From the human T2T-CHM13v2.0 reference genome, Homo sapiens: a DNA stretch of 64,000 nt. Each line of letters begins with the position of its first letter. Positions within the stretch are counted from its first letter, which is position 1. The position numbers and the translations under genes are program-made. The notes beneath the pieces were generated by a model. It was not told the DNA's origin and ran no database searches. It saw nothing but the letters and a program-made list of their open reading frames with translations. Positions 1 to 13,689 of the stretch are shown in pieces. Location: the NCBI RefSeq assembly GCF_009914755.1, contig NC_060946.1. One strand, 5' to 3'.

Positions 1-124
1 AAGAACAAGGACGTCAACATTTACTCAGAGAAACTGAGGTGCAGAGAGACGCATCAGCAGCTGGGAAGGAGCCACCTTGGGGGAGAGGAGCCCTCCTCTC
101 TGGCAGTGGAATACAGGGTGGGGC

Positions 125-320
125 TGGAGGGTGAACCTGGCTCTGCTGTTCCCTAGCTATTGTGGGACCTGGGCAATTTCTTATGCTCACTGGGACTCAC
201 TTTTCTCATCTACAAAATGCAGAGATGGGGCTTAATTTATAGGGTTATTTTGGGGATTAGATTTTGGTTAGCGCAGGCAAAGTGCTTAAAATAGCCCTGT
301 GAGGTGGTCGGTGCTCCAAG
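125..320 (+). mobile_element. MIR SINE fragment
   Basis: gacctgggcaatttctta...ctcacttttctcatctacaaaatg...aaagtgcttaaaatagccctg resembles the MIR core. Confidence 0.7.
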
Positions 321-384
321 CATGCTGATCCTCCATGAGCCATCCTTTCTACAGATGTGAGCAGTGGCTCCGGTCTAGGCACTA

Positions 385-648
385 GGCAATTCACACATGT
401 TGATCTTTAATTTACAACGTCCTAGGCTTCCTGTGGAGTATTAATAGCTTCATTATGCAGAAGAGGAACAACTGAAGCTCAAATACAGCTGGGAAGCAGT
501 AAAACAAGGATTAAAAAGTAACCAAAACCCGTGTTCTTATTTCATTTTAGACATCAGGCCGCCTCACAACAGAGACACGGCTGATGTTTCTGGGTTACAA
601 AGGCACCTGTAGCCTAGCTCTGGAACCAGAGCACAAGAACCTCAAAGC
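385..648. repeat. Copy 1 of a ~265-bp local direct duplication (MIR-containing)
   Basis: Aligns by eye with 2545-2809, e.g. agctgggaagcagtaaaacaaggattaaaaa and ctggaacca.agcacaagaac.tcaaagc. Confidence 0.9.
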
Positions 649-1204
649 CTAAGCGCATTCCCCACTGGGTTCTGGAGGGGGAGCTCAGCTTCCCCTGGGT
701 GATCCCACATGGAGATCACCACATGGAGATCCCACGTGGAGTTGGATCTCCAAGGAGGACAGTGACACCATCTCCACACTCTGGGACACCATCTTTCAGA
801 AGCTCTCTGGGGTGCAGGGCCCCTCCATCCTCACACTGCCCTGCTTAAATTCTCTCCTTGAGTGAGTTTCTTTTTCTTTCTCTGAACTGAATGGGGAGAA
901 ACTTTCAGATGGGCATTTTCAGAGCCCCTTTCAGAGGTGAAGAGAAGATAAGATATCCAGGACAAGTGTTTCTGAAAAACTCATTTGTCCAGGCAGCTTG
1001 TGCACGCATGTGTGGCCTCAGGAGAGCCTTCCCCGGAGGCCCCTGTAGCTCCAGGCTGGACTCATTGCATCACCGCCTCACTGCAGCCAGTGCCCAGCTC
1101 CATGCCACCTGGGCATGGGTCGTGTCTGCAGCTGGTCCTGGGCTCACTGTAGCAGGGGCAAAACCTGGGTAGCTTCAGCCACAGGCAGAGAAAACAGGAG
1201 ACGT

Positions 1205-1400
1205 TGCCGGGGCTGGGACCCTCCACTAGGGCTGTGTGACCTCTGGTGAGTGACTTGGCATCTCTGTGCCTCAGTTACCTTGTCTGCATGGTGGGGGACT
1301 ACAGCGCTGTCCTCACAAGCTCTTGGAAACATCAAGTGACGTATTTCATGAGGAGCCCTTAGAACAATGCCTGCACTCAGTGAGTGCTGGGGTAAATGTC
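1205..1400 (+). mobile_element. MIR fragment
   Basis: gctgtgtgacctctgg...ctctgtgcctcagttaccttgtctgcatgg...cttagaacaatgcctgcac. Confidence 0.7.
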
Positions 1401-1404
1401 ACCC

Positions 1405-1540
1405 GCTCTGCAGTCCCCTGGGACCGCCATAACAAAATGTCACAAACTGGGTGCTTGAAACATGAGTTGACTCTGTCATTGCTCTGGAGGCCGGAAGGCC
1501 GCAATGGAGGTGTGTGCAGGGCCTTGCCTCCTCCAAAGGT
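1405..1540 (-). mobile_element. MLT1 (ERVL-MaLR) LTR fragment
   Basis: gccataacaaaatgtcacaaactgggtgcttgaaac...ctctggaggccggaagg matches the reverse of an MLT1 3' end. Confidence 0.6.
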
Positions 1541-2389
1541 CCTGTCACTCAGGGCCTTGGGTAGAGGGAGGCTGGAGGCTGAGCCCCTGTCCTGGAGGTG
1601 GGGAAATCTGTCATCCCAGGGGACACCCTGAGTCCTTACCAGCTCCTTACACCATGGGCAGGAAATGTGGCTTCAAGATGGGCATGATAGGCTGTGGCCT
1701 GCAGTTTGGAGGGAGCCCTGGAGGAACCTGCTGCTGTGAGGCCTCCCAGGGAGGCAGATCCGGAAGGGAGGCTGAGGGTCTTCTGAGAGCTGACCCCATG
1801 TTGGTGAGTGCTGTCTTGAGAGTCTGTGCTGCTAGCCATTGCTGGCAGGTCCTTCCAGCCTGTGCTCCAGGATAAGCAGGAGGCCTAGGGGAAGCCCTCT
1901 GGGTCCAAGGCTGGGAGGGCCCTGCTTGGGGCTCCCATGGCCATTGCCCTCAGCCATCCCTGCCTGGCCCACTGTGTAGCTGTGCCTACATGCCCCTCTG
2001 CCTGTCTGACACATGCACACACCCACAGGGCAGGGCCACAACTGTCTCCTCTGGGGCTTGGCCCAGCCCCTGAGAGTGTTTGCTGCGCCATGGGTGGTCC
2101 CTGAGCCTGTGCTTGGGCTGCACACAGTGAGGAACACACCCCACCCCACCTGCAGGAGCCCCACACTCAGGTGGGACGACAGACATGGGAACGGGACCGA
2201 AAGTTAGGACCAAGGGCTGCTGGAGCACAGAGGTGGATGTGGAGTCAGGAGCCTTCCAGGGCCCCTGAGCTGAGTTTTTAGGGCAGCATCCCAGAACCAG
2301 GAAAGAAGAGGAGGGAGGGCTCCCAGCCGAGGAAGCAGCCTGTGAGAAGGCCTAGGGGTAATGACAGCAAGGTGCTTTCTGGAGACCAA

Positions 2390-2520
2390 GCAGTGCCTCT
2401 GCTGCTGCTTCAGTAAAAGTTGCTGTCTAACACCTCCATCTCACTCCTAAATTATTTCCTGGGCAAAGCCAAGAACCCTCCCAGGCTAAGCCCCAATCTT
2501 GGGACTCACCCATGCCTTGA
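2390..2520 (+). mobile_element. MER41-like ERV1 LTR, 3' end only
   Basis: cagtaaaagttgctgtctaacacc...ttcctgggcaaagccaagaaccctcccaggctaagccccaatcttggg matches the MER41 3' terminus as I recall it. Confidence 0.75.
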
Positions 2521-2544
2521 TACATATGCTCTACACTATGGCAG

Positions 2545-3135
<591 letters not shown>

Positions 3136-4247
3136 ATGTTTGTTTGTTTTTTTAGAGAGATGGGGTCTCGTTTTGTTGCCCAGGCTGGTCTTGAACTCCT
3201 GGCCTCAGGCAATCCTCCTGCCTCAGCCTTCCCATAAATATATGTGTGATTAACAATTAAGTTCTAAATGTCTACATTTCAGTTTCTCCAGAGAGCTGAT
3301 GACAGGTGTAGGACTTACACAACACGTTTGTCGGCATTTATCCCTGGGTGACGCAGGGACCTCCCCGAGCAAAGAAACAGTAGAATAACAAATCCCTGGA
3401 AAAAGCATCAGAGTGTTAAGGAACCTGGCCCGAGGATGATGGACCAGCATGTGTCCACAGAAGGCGTGTTTCCATTTCACTCTGTGGACCATGACTTTTC
3501 ACTTAGATCCAATGCTGAGTCCTCGAAATTAATTGTGCTCATTTTCCACTGCCAAGTGTTCTTATGCACAGATGAAAAATGAAGTGGTGGGTGCGAATGT
3601 GTTGGCTCTGTTTGTAGAAGACCTTTAGAAACAGCTAAATGATTCCAGTTTTATATCATTGTTACCAGATACTTCAAAGAGGAAATCAGTTAATTCCAAT
3701 GACAGTTTGATCCTTTTCATCTGATTTATGGAATCAGTGAAGATTTAGAAGTTCCTTCTGTTGCTGGTGATACAATGATGTTGTCATGAATTCAGTGGAA
3801 AAACTTAGTGTGAAAGGGTACATTATTTGTTCTTGTAGTTATGATAGGAACACAATTTTTGGTGAAGCTAGTGTCATGGTAAAAACAAGATTCTTTCTAA
3901 ATTAAGTACAGAAATGTGCTTGGGATTACTTGTGGCCCATTAAAACAAGCTGTGATAATTCACCAACCTAACAGGTGCTGTAGTTGTCAAAATTTACAGC
4001 TATTATATGTGTACCCAGAATAACTTGAAATAAACGTTTTTGTGATGACTTTAAATATGAAAAAACCCTGTTTTTTTCCAAATAGTAGTACTCACCTTCT
4101 CTCATTTTCCTCATTATCAATCAGATTTGATAAATGTTGGAGCTTCTGAAAAATTACTTCATAAATCAACTTAAGTGTCTTATGATGGTACTAAACTTTT
4201 TGTAAACAAATCCTTTAAATTTTGGACGCAGTTGTATGAAATCAGTT

Positions 4248-4252
<5 letters not shown>

Positions 4253-4290
<38 letters not shown>

Positions 4291-4570
4291 AGACAGAGTC
4301 TCACTCTTTTGCCCAGGCCGGACTGCAGTGGTGCTATCTCGGCTCACTGCAAGCTCCGCCTCATGGGTTCATGCCATTCTCCTGCCTCAGCCTCCTGAGT
4401 AGCTGGGACTACAGGCGCCCACCACCACACCCAGCTAATTTTTTGTATTTTTAGTAGAGACGGGGTTTCACCGTGTTAGCCAAGATGGTCTCGATCTCCT
4501 GACCTCATGATCCTCCCGCTTTGGCCTCCCAAAGTACTGGGATTACAGGTGTGAGCCACTGTGCCTGGCC
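4253..4570 (-). mobile_element. AluY
   Basis: Long polyT tail, full dimer, TSD atcagtt(a/g)gaaattttt at 4241 and 4571. Confidence 0.95.
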
Positions 4571-5380
4571 ATCAGTTGGAAATTTTTAATTGAAGGAGTC
4601 AATGAATAAAAGCCCCCAAATGTCACTTTTTAATGTTGTTAGCAAATTGTAGTTATTGAAAACAAAGCTTGCTACGCAGAAGGACATTGAAATATTCCTC
4701 TAGGAGAGCAAGGGAGGAAGTGAACATATTACATTGTGATGTAATATACTTTTACAAGATTTTATTTAGAAATTCTTAAACTTTGGTATATATTGGCATA
4801 TGGAAAGAATCTTTAAATGAAGCTCCTTTGTTTAATTGGATAAATGTATGATGTGGACTGGAATGGAATCTGGTGGAGAAGGCCTAGAATTTTATGGCAT
4901 CTAAGTTTGGTAAGACATTTAAAAGAATCATGAATAGAGATGATGCATTTGACATGTTTTGTTGTGAAAAAAATATGTCAAGGCACCCTAAATAGATGCA
5001 AAAGGCAGTCTCTATGACAATGTTTCTGCTGAAATATTTATGTATTTCAATGAAAAAAATATTAGAATTGAAAATGTTCTCCATTTAACAGAATTTACTC
5101 TGAGCTTACCAGCTACCTCCATTCCCATAGAGATAATAGTTTCTAAATTTAAAATGTTATGCCCTTTCGAAAAGAATCAGTTGCAATGTTAACAGCTTAG
5201 AATTTTTAAATCATAAAATATAATTTGAAGAGAATTACATGCAATTTTATGAAAAATTTAAAATAATATAGTCACATTCTTCTGAAAAATGCCACTGACA
5301 CAGCATTAGGATAATGTAGGAAGGAAAATGACTGAAGTATTTAGTTGTGTACCAACAATAAGTCTTTTATTGATTTTTAC

Positions 5381-5943
<563 letters not shown>

Positions 5944-6829
5944 ATTTTTAAATATTTGAAATGTGTAATTGTTTAAATAATTTAAAAATTTAGCTTTACT
6001 ATACATAGATATGTCATATTTTCATTTTTTAATTAAAAATTTTTAATAGCTTTTGAATAAAATTATTTTAGGCCCACCAACATAATAAACCAATTTATTT
6101 GTCAATAAATGCACATATAATTTATATTGTATAAATATGTATATATATAAAACATTTACTACCTATGTATAGATAATTTAAATTAAAACAACACCTCAAA
6201 TGTTTAGCTGCTGCATCAGCAGGAAGTGGAGCCTCCAAGGAGGTTAAATAACTTATTCAAGTCCTCATGATTGATAAGTGGTATAATATTTTGGCATTTT
6301 ATTGAGTGCTTTTTTTGTATTATCAAATCTTTAAAAAATATTATTAATAAAATTTTATTAATGTAGCTAAAGAGTCCCATTCCTCTCTCTGTCCTTCCCA
6401 AATTTCTGCCATTTTAAAATATCTTGTTCTCTATTGTTTTCAAATTAAATATTGAGCAAAATTAAAATAACATTATAAAGGATTGTTGGGGTACCAAGAT
6501 GAACCCTTCACTGTACACCCCGGCAGTAAGCATGACCTTCAGGAGTTGATGTTACCTCTGCAGCCCGGAGGCTTCAGACTTTATACTTATGGATAATGTA
6601 AATCCTATCCATCCTATGCATCTCCCCGCTCCCTAAAGGTATTTTGTACTCACCAGTCTCTGAATTGGCCACTGAGTTCTACTGCAAGTGCTGATCTGTC
6701 GACAATGGAGTGTATGGCTTTGCATGTTTGTGCTACACACATTTGTGTTACTCACCTTTGCCTGTGTGTAGCGGCATCCTGTGGTGTGTGGAGGGAGTCT
6801 CAATGCCACTTTAACCAGACGATTATGTT

Positions 6830-7320
6830 CCTGGGGAACAGCGTGTTGTACTGGGCTGTGGCTTGTTCATCTCCACTCACCAGTGGGGTTCCAGGATTCC
6901 ATAACATGACTATGGCAGAATTGAATATGTCCATTCTCGTCGATGGACACCGACCGATTCTAGGTTTGTTCTGTTTGGTTTCCTCTGGGGAACCGTGCGC
7001 CTGTGGTCACTTGTGAGAAGGTTCCTGTAGGGTGTACCCCTAAGTGTCCAAGTGCCGTGTGACCCTGTGTGTGTTGTGAACGTCACTAGACCATGACAAC
7101 CTGTTTTCCAGATGGTTGTGTCAACACGACGCTCGCCGGCAGAGCACAGGTCACTGTTGTCGCAGGTCCTAGGCAACACTCAATGTCATCAGATCTTATT
7201 TTTTTTCAAATTTAGTTGGGGTGAAATGACATATTATTGTTTTAACTTACATTCTCATTCTTTTTAATGACGCAGAATTTTTTTTCGAATGTCCGTTGTT
7301 CATTCCGATGAGTCTTTCTA
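6830..7320 (-). mobile_element. Old L1 (L1ME-like) 3' fragment
   Basis: tccattctcgtcgatggacac...gttttccagatggttgt...ggggtgaaatgacatattattgttttaacttacattctc. Confidence 0.6.
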
Positions 7321-7469
7321 AAACAGCTCTGTTCCCATCCTGTCCTCCCCATCTCCCCCAGAAGTCCCAGTGGCTTTCAATTGTTTCATAAATTTGTCCC
7401 TAACATTAGGGGACCCCTTTCCATTCAGACTCCCGTCTTACTCTTCTCCTTACACCTCAGAAGATGATT

Positions 7470-7780
7470 ATGGCCCCTTCACTGGCCATTCCCATGTGCC
7501 GTGTGCTCTCTCTTTCCTCCAAGCCTTTGCTTGTAGTATTCACTCTTCCAGAAACACCCTTCCTGAGGGCCTCCCCTGCACCCCTTCAGCCTCAGCTCAG
7601 GGCTCACCTTCTCCAGAAAGCTTTCCCTGAACCTCCCTCGGCTCTCCCCTCTGGTTGAGGCAGCTCTCTGTGTTATGATGGGCTGCTTCTCTGTGTCCCC
7701 GCTCTGGACTGAGCTCATGGGGGAGGGACCCCATCTGACTCACCCATGGTGCCCAAGGTGGTTCCCCAGCAGGCATGCAG
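7470..7780 (+). mobile_element. L2 LINE 3' fragment
   Basis: aagcctttgcttgtagtattcactcttccagaaacac...cagctcagggctcaccttctccagaaagctttccctga...ggactgagctcatggggaggga. Confidence 0.65.
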
Positions 7781-9037
7781 GGAGTCATTCTTCCCATTTT
7801 AATGTGATTTTGCAGTTTTGCCGAGGCAGGTTCTGAGGCTTTGAGTGACCACTGACTTTTTAAGTGCAACTGGCTCACTGGACAGGATATAAACTGGGGC
7901 CTGTGACCTCCATCAGGAGGCTGGTGGCTAGGCTGGCGGTCCTGCCGAGCTCCGGGAATCATCCCCACTCCCTGATTTCTGGGTTCTCACCAAGCCCTCG
8001 GACTCTGCATCCAGCTCTTCTCTGCTTCCCCAGCACTTCCAGACTCTCCCCTCTGGCTTCCCAGCGTGGGCCATAGCTGCTGGGGTCCGTTGAGAACAGA
8101 ATCCATGTCCATCTGGTTCACAGTTGTCTTCTGATGCCTGCCTCGTGCCAGAGACACAGTCAGTAGTCAGTGCTCAAGCAACATGTGCTGCAAGCTTTAC
8201 ACAAGCTTCCTCGATTCTGGCGATTCAGAGAGAAAATTAAGGTGCACTCCCTCTCCCCACCTTCATCGAAAGCAGCGATCTCACACCAGGCGGATCCTAA
8301 CAGAGGCGTGGGCATTGATAGACCTTGGCAGATTCCCCCAGCTGGGGCTGGAGATGTGCGAAGCCCAGGGAGGGGGGATTGCACTGGGAGCCCATAGATG
8401 GAGGAGGGGGCGTCAGTGGATACACAGTCAGAAATGGTCTCCCCACCCCAGCCCCTTTTCCTCAGCAACCAGGAATGTTTACCTGAACTTCTCACAGGTG
8501 CCTCTGCAAGCAGAGAGAGTGTCCAGGAGACCCCAGCCTCCCCTTGTATCCACCTGCAGGGGTGGAGCTCTGTGGAAGCTGTGCCTGTGCACATTCCTCC
8601 CTACTCCATCACTCACCACCAGAGAGGAACCACAAAAGGAAGCCCTGGAGATCTGGAGCGAAGACATTTCATCATGTCCCCCTGCGTGCCAGCTCACATC
8701 TTATTGAAAAATTCTAATCATCTCAGAAGGCTCATTTCCATTTGTGGCGCAAATGGAGCCTGTCCTCAAGGGGATGGATGTGCATGCAGCCAGTGCAAAG
8801 CGAGATGTTCCACAGGCTGGCAACACAATGTGCTGCCCGGCGCTGGTGGGCCTCACAGTCTTGGATACAAAGAGCAGCCGCAGGGCTGGGGAGGAGCCTT
8901 CTGTTCATGGGGGTGAGCAGGGAGGCAGGAAGGAGAATTTGAGGTACACATGACCTTTGAGTTCTGGCAAAGGACTCCCCAACTATGCCTCACCAATCTG
9001 TGACAGGGACTGAGCCCTCACACCCCAGCTCAGGCAA

Positions 9038-9410
9038 CGCACACACACATACATACAAATATACACATATGCACACACACACACCCATAAACATGCACAC
9101 ATGCACGCACACACACCCATACACACATAAATACATGCATGCATATGCACACACACATGCACACACACATGCACACACACATACACGTCCATACACACCT
9201 AAATACACGCATGCATATGCATACACACATGCACACATGTACACACACATGCACATATACACAATACACACATACACACAGTACACATACAGATTCATAC
9301 ACGCACACATATGCACACACATACACATACATGGATACACACATACACATACAAAGATGTGCACACACACACATACACATGCATACATACATGTGCAGAC
9401 ACACACACAC
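9038..9410. repeat. Degenerate (CA)n/(CATA)n microsatellite
   Basis: ~370 bp of cacacacatgcacacacatac-type alternation; explains the His/Thr and Val/Cys ORFs. Confidence 0.97.
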
Positions 9411-9487
9411 GGTGCCCTACAATTCAGGGCAGGGGGAGGCAGGTGCCCTTGAGAGTGGCTCGGCTGCAGCTGTGGTTGTCCTCCAGG

Positions 9488-9605
9488 CTGGTGGTTCCCT
9501 GACCTGGCTGAGCCTCAGAATCACCTGAAGCTTTTAACAAGGTGTCCCCAGCCCTCCATCTGAGATTCTGACTCCTAGGGCCTGAGACATGTCCAGGGAT
9601 CTTGA
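9488..9605. mobile_element. MER5-like hAT-Charlie MITE fragment
   Basis: gtggttccctgacctggctgagcctcagaatcacctgaagcttttaa...tgagattctgactc. Confidence 0.55.
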
Positions 9606-10533
9606 TTTGCTCTACCTCTCTGAGCTCTTGACCACTCTACCTCCAGATAGTAAAAGCCTTCAAGGCATAGATCAAATAGCCTCTCTACTGTTGGGCCCTC
9701 CTTGACTCCCGGAAGGTTAATTGTCCTCTCTTCTGGGTTCTCATGGTTTCTTTTTCATTCTCCGACACAGCATTTGTCTTAGAATCCTGTGTGTGTGCCT
9801 TTCCCTAGGCTGTGAGCTCTGCAGGGGCACCATTATGTCAGATTTCCCTCTGATCCCAGCAGGGCTTCCTGACCTTCAGAGTGTGGGTCTCACTTGATCT
9901 GAACCCACCTTCACAGCTCTAAGGGAGTCAGTCCAGCTCCTGCCTAGTTATTTCTGCCAGTTTTTATGCCACACTGGCTCTGTGCTTCTAGTATCTGCAT
10001 TTAATGCTTAGATTCTACCAGAGCTAGTTTGGGCACAAAGTTTCCAGATGCTCCTCACATCCAAGTATTTGTGAAGAATTTGAAGGCTGGGGGTTTGTGG
10101 GAGGGGTCACATTGCAAGCTCCAGTGTCGGCCATCTTGCTCGCGACAGCCTCCTTTTCTGGCTCCTTCCTGGTGCAGCTTGGAAATCCTTCCCCTTATCT
10201 CTCACAGAGAAGTTCCGCCCATCTTCAGAGCACTGAGAGCTCAGCTTCTGCCCCAGGAATCTCTTCTGAAAAAACGCAAAGGAATTCTGGTGACTGGATT
10301 TGATCCACTTGGCTACTTTGCAGGAGGTAGAGACATGTATCAGCTCCCACTAGGAGTGTTCTGCTCAGCATGAAGTGCCACCTATTTAGGGAGAAGAGGA
10401 GTCGAAGATGTTTCCTTGAGGGAAGTTCACAATCACAGAAAGAGACCAAGAGGAGGCTGAGAGGGGATGGCAACCTGTGCTAGAGGTAGATAAAATAGTT
10501 GCTCTGGAAGTTTCCCAGAGTGACCACACCCTG

Positions 10534-10849
10534 AACCAAGAGGTTAGACTGAAGCCAGCTGTTTTCTTCAACCAAGAGGTTAGACTGTGGCCAGGTGTCT
10601 CCTTCAACCAAGAGGTTAGACTGTGGCCAGGTGTCTCCTCCACCGAGAGGTTAAACCATGGCCAGCTGTTTCATTCAACCCAGAGGTTAGACTGCAGCCA
10701 GGTGTCTCCTTCAACCAAGAGGTTAGACCGTGGCGAAGTGTCTCCTTCAGCTGAGAGACCACAGCCAGTGCCTCCTTCAACCAATAGGTTAGACCACGGC
10801 CAGGTGCCTCCTTCAATCAAGAGGCTGGACAACAGCCAGGTGTTTCCTT
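10534..10849. repeat. Minisatellite, ~9 copies of a 36-bp unit
   Basis: Consensus aaccaagaggttagactgtggccaggtgtctccttc; one 35-bp and one 30-bp copy. Confidence 0.95.
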
Positions 10850-10874
10850 GTGGAAATCATTTGCAGGTGGCAAA

Positions 10875-11030
10875 TGGTTTTTGGGTCATGAAATCAGCCC
10901 AGTGTGTCACAGCCAGGTGAACTGTTTACTTTTTAATGACATAGAATACAAATCATAAGAATAAATCTTGCACAGTATGTATTTTTAGTGGAACTTTTAT
11001 TCTAGTTGTGAGTATGTGTGTGTATGTATG
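10875..11030. mobile_element. Charlie4z-like hAT fragment (remainder at ~11630-11660)
   Basis: gggtcatgaaatca...ttttaatgacatagaata...gaacttttattctagtt; terminal cacgggcaaaaaa...gaagccact after the MLT1 block. Confidence 0.55.
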
Positions 11031-11301
11031 TGCTATGTCAGAATGTGTATGTCCCCTCTTCTCAAATTCCCATGTTAAAATCCTAACCCCAAGGTGGTGG
11101 TATTAGCAGGTGGGACCTGTGGGAGGTGATTAGGTCATAGGGGTGGAGCCCTCATGAATGAGATTAGTGTCCTTATAAAAGAGACTACAGAGAGATTGTT
11201 CACCCCTCTGCTATATGACGATATATCTAGAAGAGGGCTGTCTACGAACAAGGAAGCAGACCTTCACAAGACACCGAATCTGCTGGCTCCTTGGACCTTG
11301 G
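11031..11301 (+). mobile_element. MLT1A-type MaLR LTR (partial)
   Basis: tgctatg...aatcctaaccccaaggtggtggtattag...ggagccctcatgaatgagattagtgtccttataaaagagac...gacaccgaatctgctgg. Confidence 0.85.
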
Positions 11302-11628
11302 GTCAGCAGGGTTGAATTCATTTCTGGATGCTCCAGCAGAGAACCCATTTCCTTGCCTATTTCAGTTTTTAGAGACCATCATGTTTCCTGGCTAATGGCC
11401 TCCTCCTCCCTCTTCCACTTGGTCTGCGTACCATCTTCCCTCCACTCTGACCCCCTCTCCCTTGCAAATGCATTGAGCCACCTGGGATGATCCAAGATCA
11501 TCTCTCCAGTTTAAGACCTGAATCCTTAACCACATCTGCAAAGTCCCTTTTGCTACATAATGTCACATTCACAGGTTTTGGGGATTAGGGTGTGGACATT
11601 GTTGGAGACCATTATTCAGTCTAGCATA
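11302..11628 (-). mobile_element. MLT1C/D-type MaLR LTR (partial)
   Basis: cacatctgcaaagtcccttttgc...cacattcacaggttttggggattagggtgtggacat...cattattcagtctagca is the reverse of the MLT1D 5' end. Confidence 0.8.
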
Positions 11629-11842
11629 GTCACGGGCAAAAAAAAAAATAGAAGCCACTAGGCTAGATGGTCCTGAAAGTCCTTTCAAACCTAGGGCTGC
11701 TGTGGCCTCAGGTCACGTAACTAGAACCCACATGAACCAATTAGCAGGCCTCTGGCATCTGCATCAGCCATCCTGTTTCCTGCCCTGTCATTCAAATTCA
11801 GTTAGCATCACTGAAACCTGCTGGGTTCAACAATCGATTAGC

Positions 11843-12547
11843 TGATCATTAAAAAGTCAGGAAACAACAGGTGCTGGAGAGGATGTGGAGAAATAGGAAT
11901 ATTTTACACTGTTGGTGGGACTGTAAACTGGTTCAACCATTGTGGAAGACAGTGTGGTAATTCCTCAAGGATCTAGAACTAGAAATACCATTTGACCCAG
12001 CCATCCCATTACTGGGTATATACCCAAAGGATTATAAATCATGCTGCTATAAAGACACATGCACACGTATGTTTGTTGTGGCACTATTCACAATAGCAAA
12101 GACTTGGAACCAACTCAAATGTCCATCAGTGATAGACTGGATTAAGATAATGTGGCACATATATACCATGGAATACTATGCAGCCATAAAAAAGGATGAG
12201 TTCATGTCCTTTGTAGGGACGTGGATGAAGCTGGAAACCATCATTCTCAGCAAACTATCGCAAGGACAAAAACCCACACACTGCATGTTCTCACTCATAG
12301 GTGGGAATTGAACAATGAGAACACTTGGACACAGGGAGGGGAACATCACACACCAGGGCCTGTTGTGGGGTGGGGGGAGGGGGGAGAGATAGCATTAGGA
12401 GATATATCTAATGTGAATGACGAGTTAATGGGTGCAGCACACCAACGTGGCACATGTATACATATGTAACAAACCTGCACCTTGTGCACGTGTACCCTAG
12501 AACTTAAAGTATATATAAAAACAAACAAAAACAAAAACAAACAAAAC
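11843..12547 (+). mobile_element. 5'-truncated primate L1 (L1PA3-5-like): ORF2 C-terminus, 3'UTR and tail
   Basis: Near-consensus L1PA 3' end; ORF 12069-12311 = ORF2 tail (WHIYTMEYYAAIKKDEFMSF); G-rich 3'UTR tract; A-rich tail; TSD caat(c/t)gattagc at 11831 and 12548. Confidence 0.97.
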
Positions 12548-13009
12548 CAATTGATTAGCCCTAAAACCCAGGAGTCTCAGAGCTTCAAGGGCAGTTTCCT
12601 TGTTTACATCTGAAGAAAATCATGCCAGAAGTTGGGGAGCCTTGTCTCATGTTGATTCAAGGAGTGGGGGCAGGGTGGGACCAGAGTCCAGTGGCCCTGA
12701 CTCCCAGACCAGTGTGAAGACAGGTAGAGTGATGGATGTGCTAGAAGCTGATGTGTGTCCAGGCACTTGCCAGCTAGATGACATCGACCAGGTTGCTTCT
12801 GAGAACTTCAGTTCTGCATCTCTTAATGGGAATAATGATGCAGATTATGAAGAATGATAATGAGATTCCTTGAGGGAATGCATACAAAGTGACTGTCCTA
12901 AAGGAGGTGCTGGAAAAGTGTGACTTCCTCTGGAAGCTTGAACGATCAGCCTCGTTTCTTTGTCCTTCCCTTCAACTACACCCTTACCGTGCTTCATCAC
13001 TGGTGCCCT

Positions 13010-13437
13010 CCTCCCATCTTGACTTGGGACTTGGCCAGGTGACCTGTCTTGGCCAGTGACTTGCAGGTGCAAGGGACAGTGTGCTGGTTCCAAGCCTAGG
13101 CCTGAAGAGGCTCCATGTGCTTCTGCTGGTCTTCTTGGGCCTCTCCCATTACCCAAGAAGAGCATGCCCCAGCCAGCCCCCCGATCTCTGGAGGAGCATG
13201 AGAGGGAGAGGAGCAGCAGAGCTGCCTGGCCACCCCCACTCCTGCTTCTCGAAAAACAACCACTGAGCCTAGCCCAGCCTAGGCCAGATGATCCAAGCTG
13301 ACCTGCACACACAGGAGCAAACCCAGCTAAGATCAGCAGACATCCAGCCCACCTGCAGATGCCTGATAAATCAATGCTTACATTGTACACACCCTACTGA
13401 GTTTTGGGTTATTATACACTGGTAGCTAACCACTACA
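13010..13437 (+). mobile_element. MLT1H/I-type MaLR LTR
   Basis: gttccaagcctaggcctgaagagg...aagaagagcatgccccag...cccagctaagatcagcaga...tagctaaccactaca. Confidence 0.75.
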
Positions 13438-13689
13438 GCCCCCTTTCCTGTTTAGTTTTCTTTTAACTGAGAAGATATCATACTATTGTGATATTTTAGA
13501 ATCCATTGTATCAAAGCCCCTTCTAGTCCCTGGTGAGAACACCGTGTGCATTCATCCTGAGTGGCTGCTTGGTTAGCCAGGGGACTTTGGTGGCTGGGAC
13601 TGTGTCTCTCTCATCTCTCTGCCCGCAGCACATAGTGGGGTTCACTCAATATCTGCTCAGTCAGTGAGCCTTGGGCCTGAGCAACTCAT

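Noticed and set aside
2390-2520. MER41 as an interferon-inducible STAT1 enhancer
   Set aside because: Only the 3' ~130 bp is present and I see no TTCNNNGAA site in it
8983-9528. His/Thr- and Cys/Val-rich ORFs; likewise IHPS-repeat ORFs at 38010-38622 and 52307-52986
   Set aside because: Translations of microsatellites that lack stop codons
10477-10920. 147-aa ORF with 12-aa repeats (NQEVRLWPGVSF)
   Set aside because: GTG start, product of the 36-bp minisatellite, and the frame shifts relative to the unit after a 35-bp copy, so no coding constraint
12069-12311. ORF with real protein similarity
   Set aside because: C-terminal remnant of L1 ORF2 in a 5'-truncated copy; not a gene
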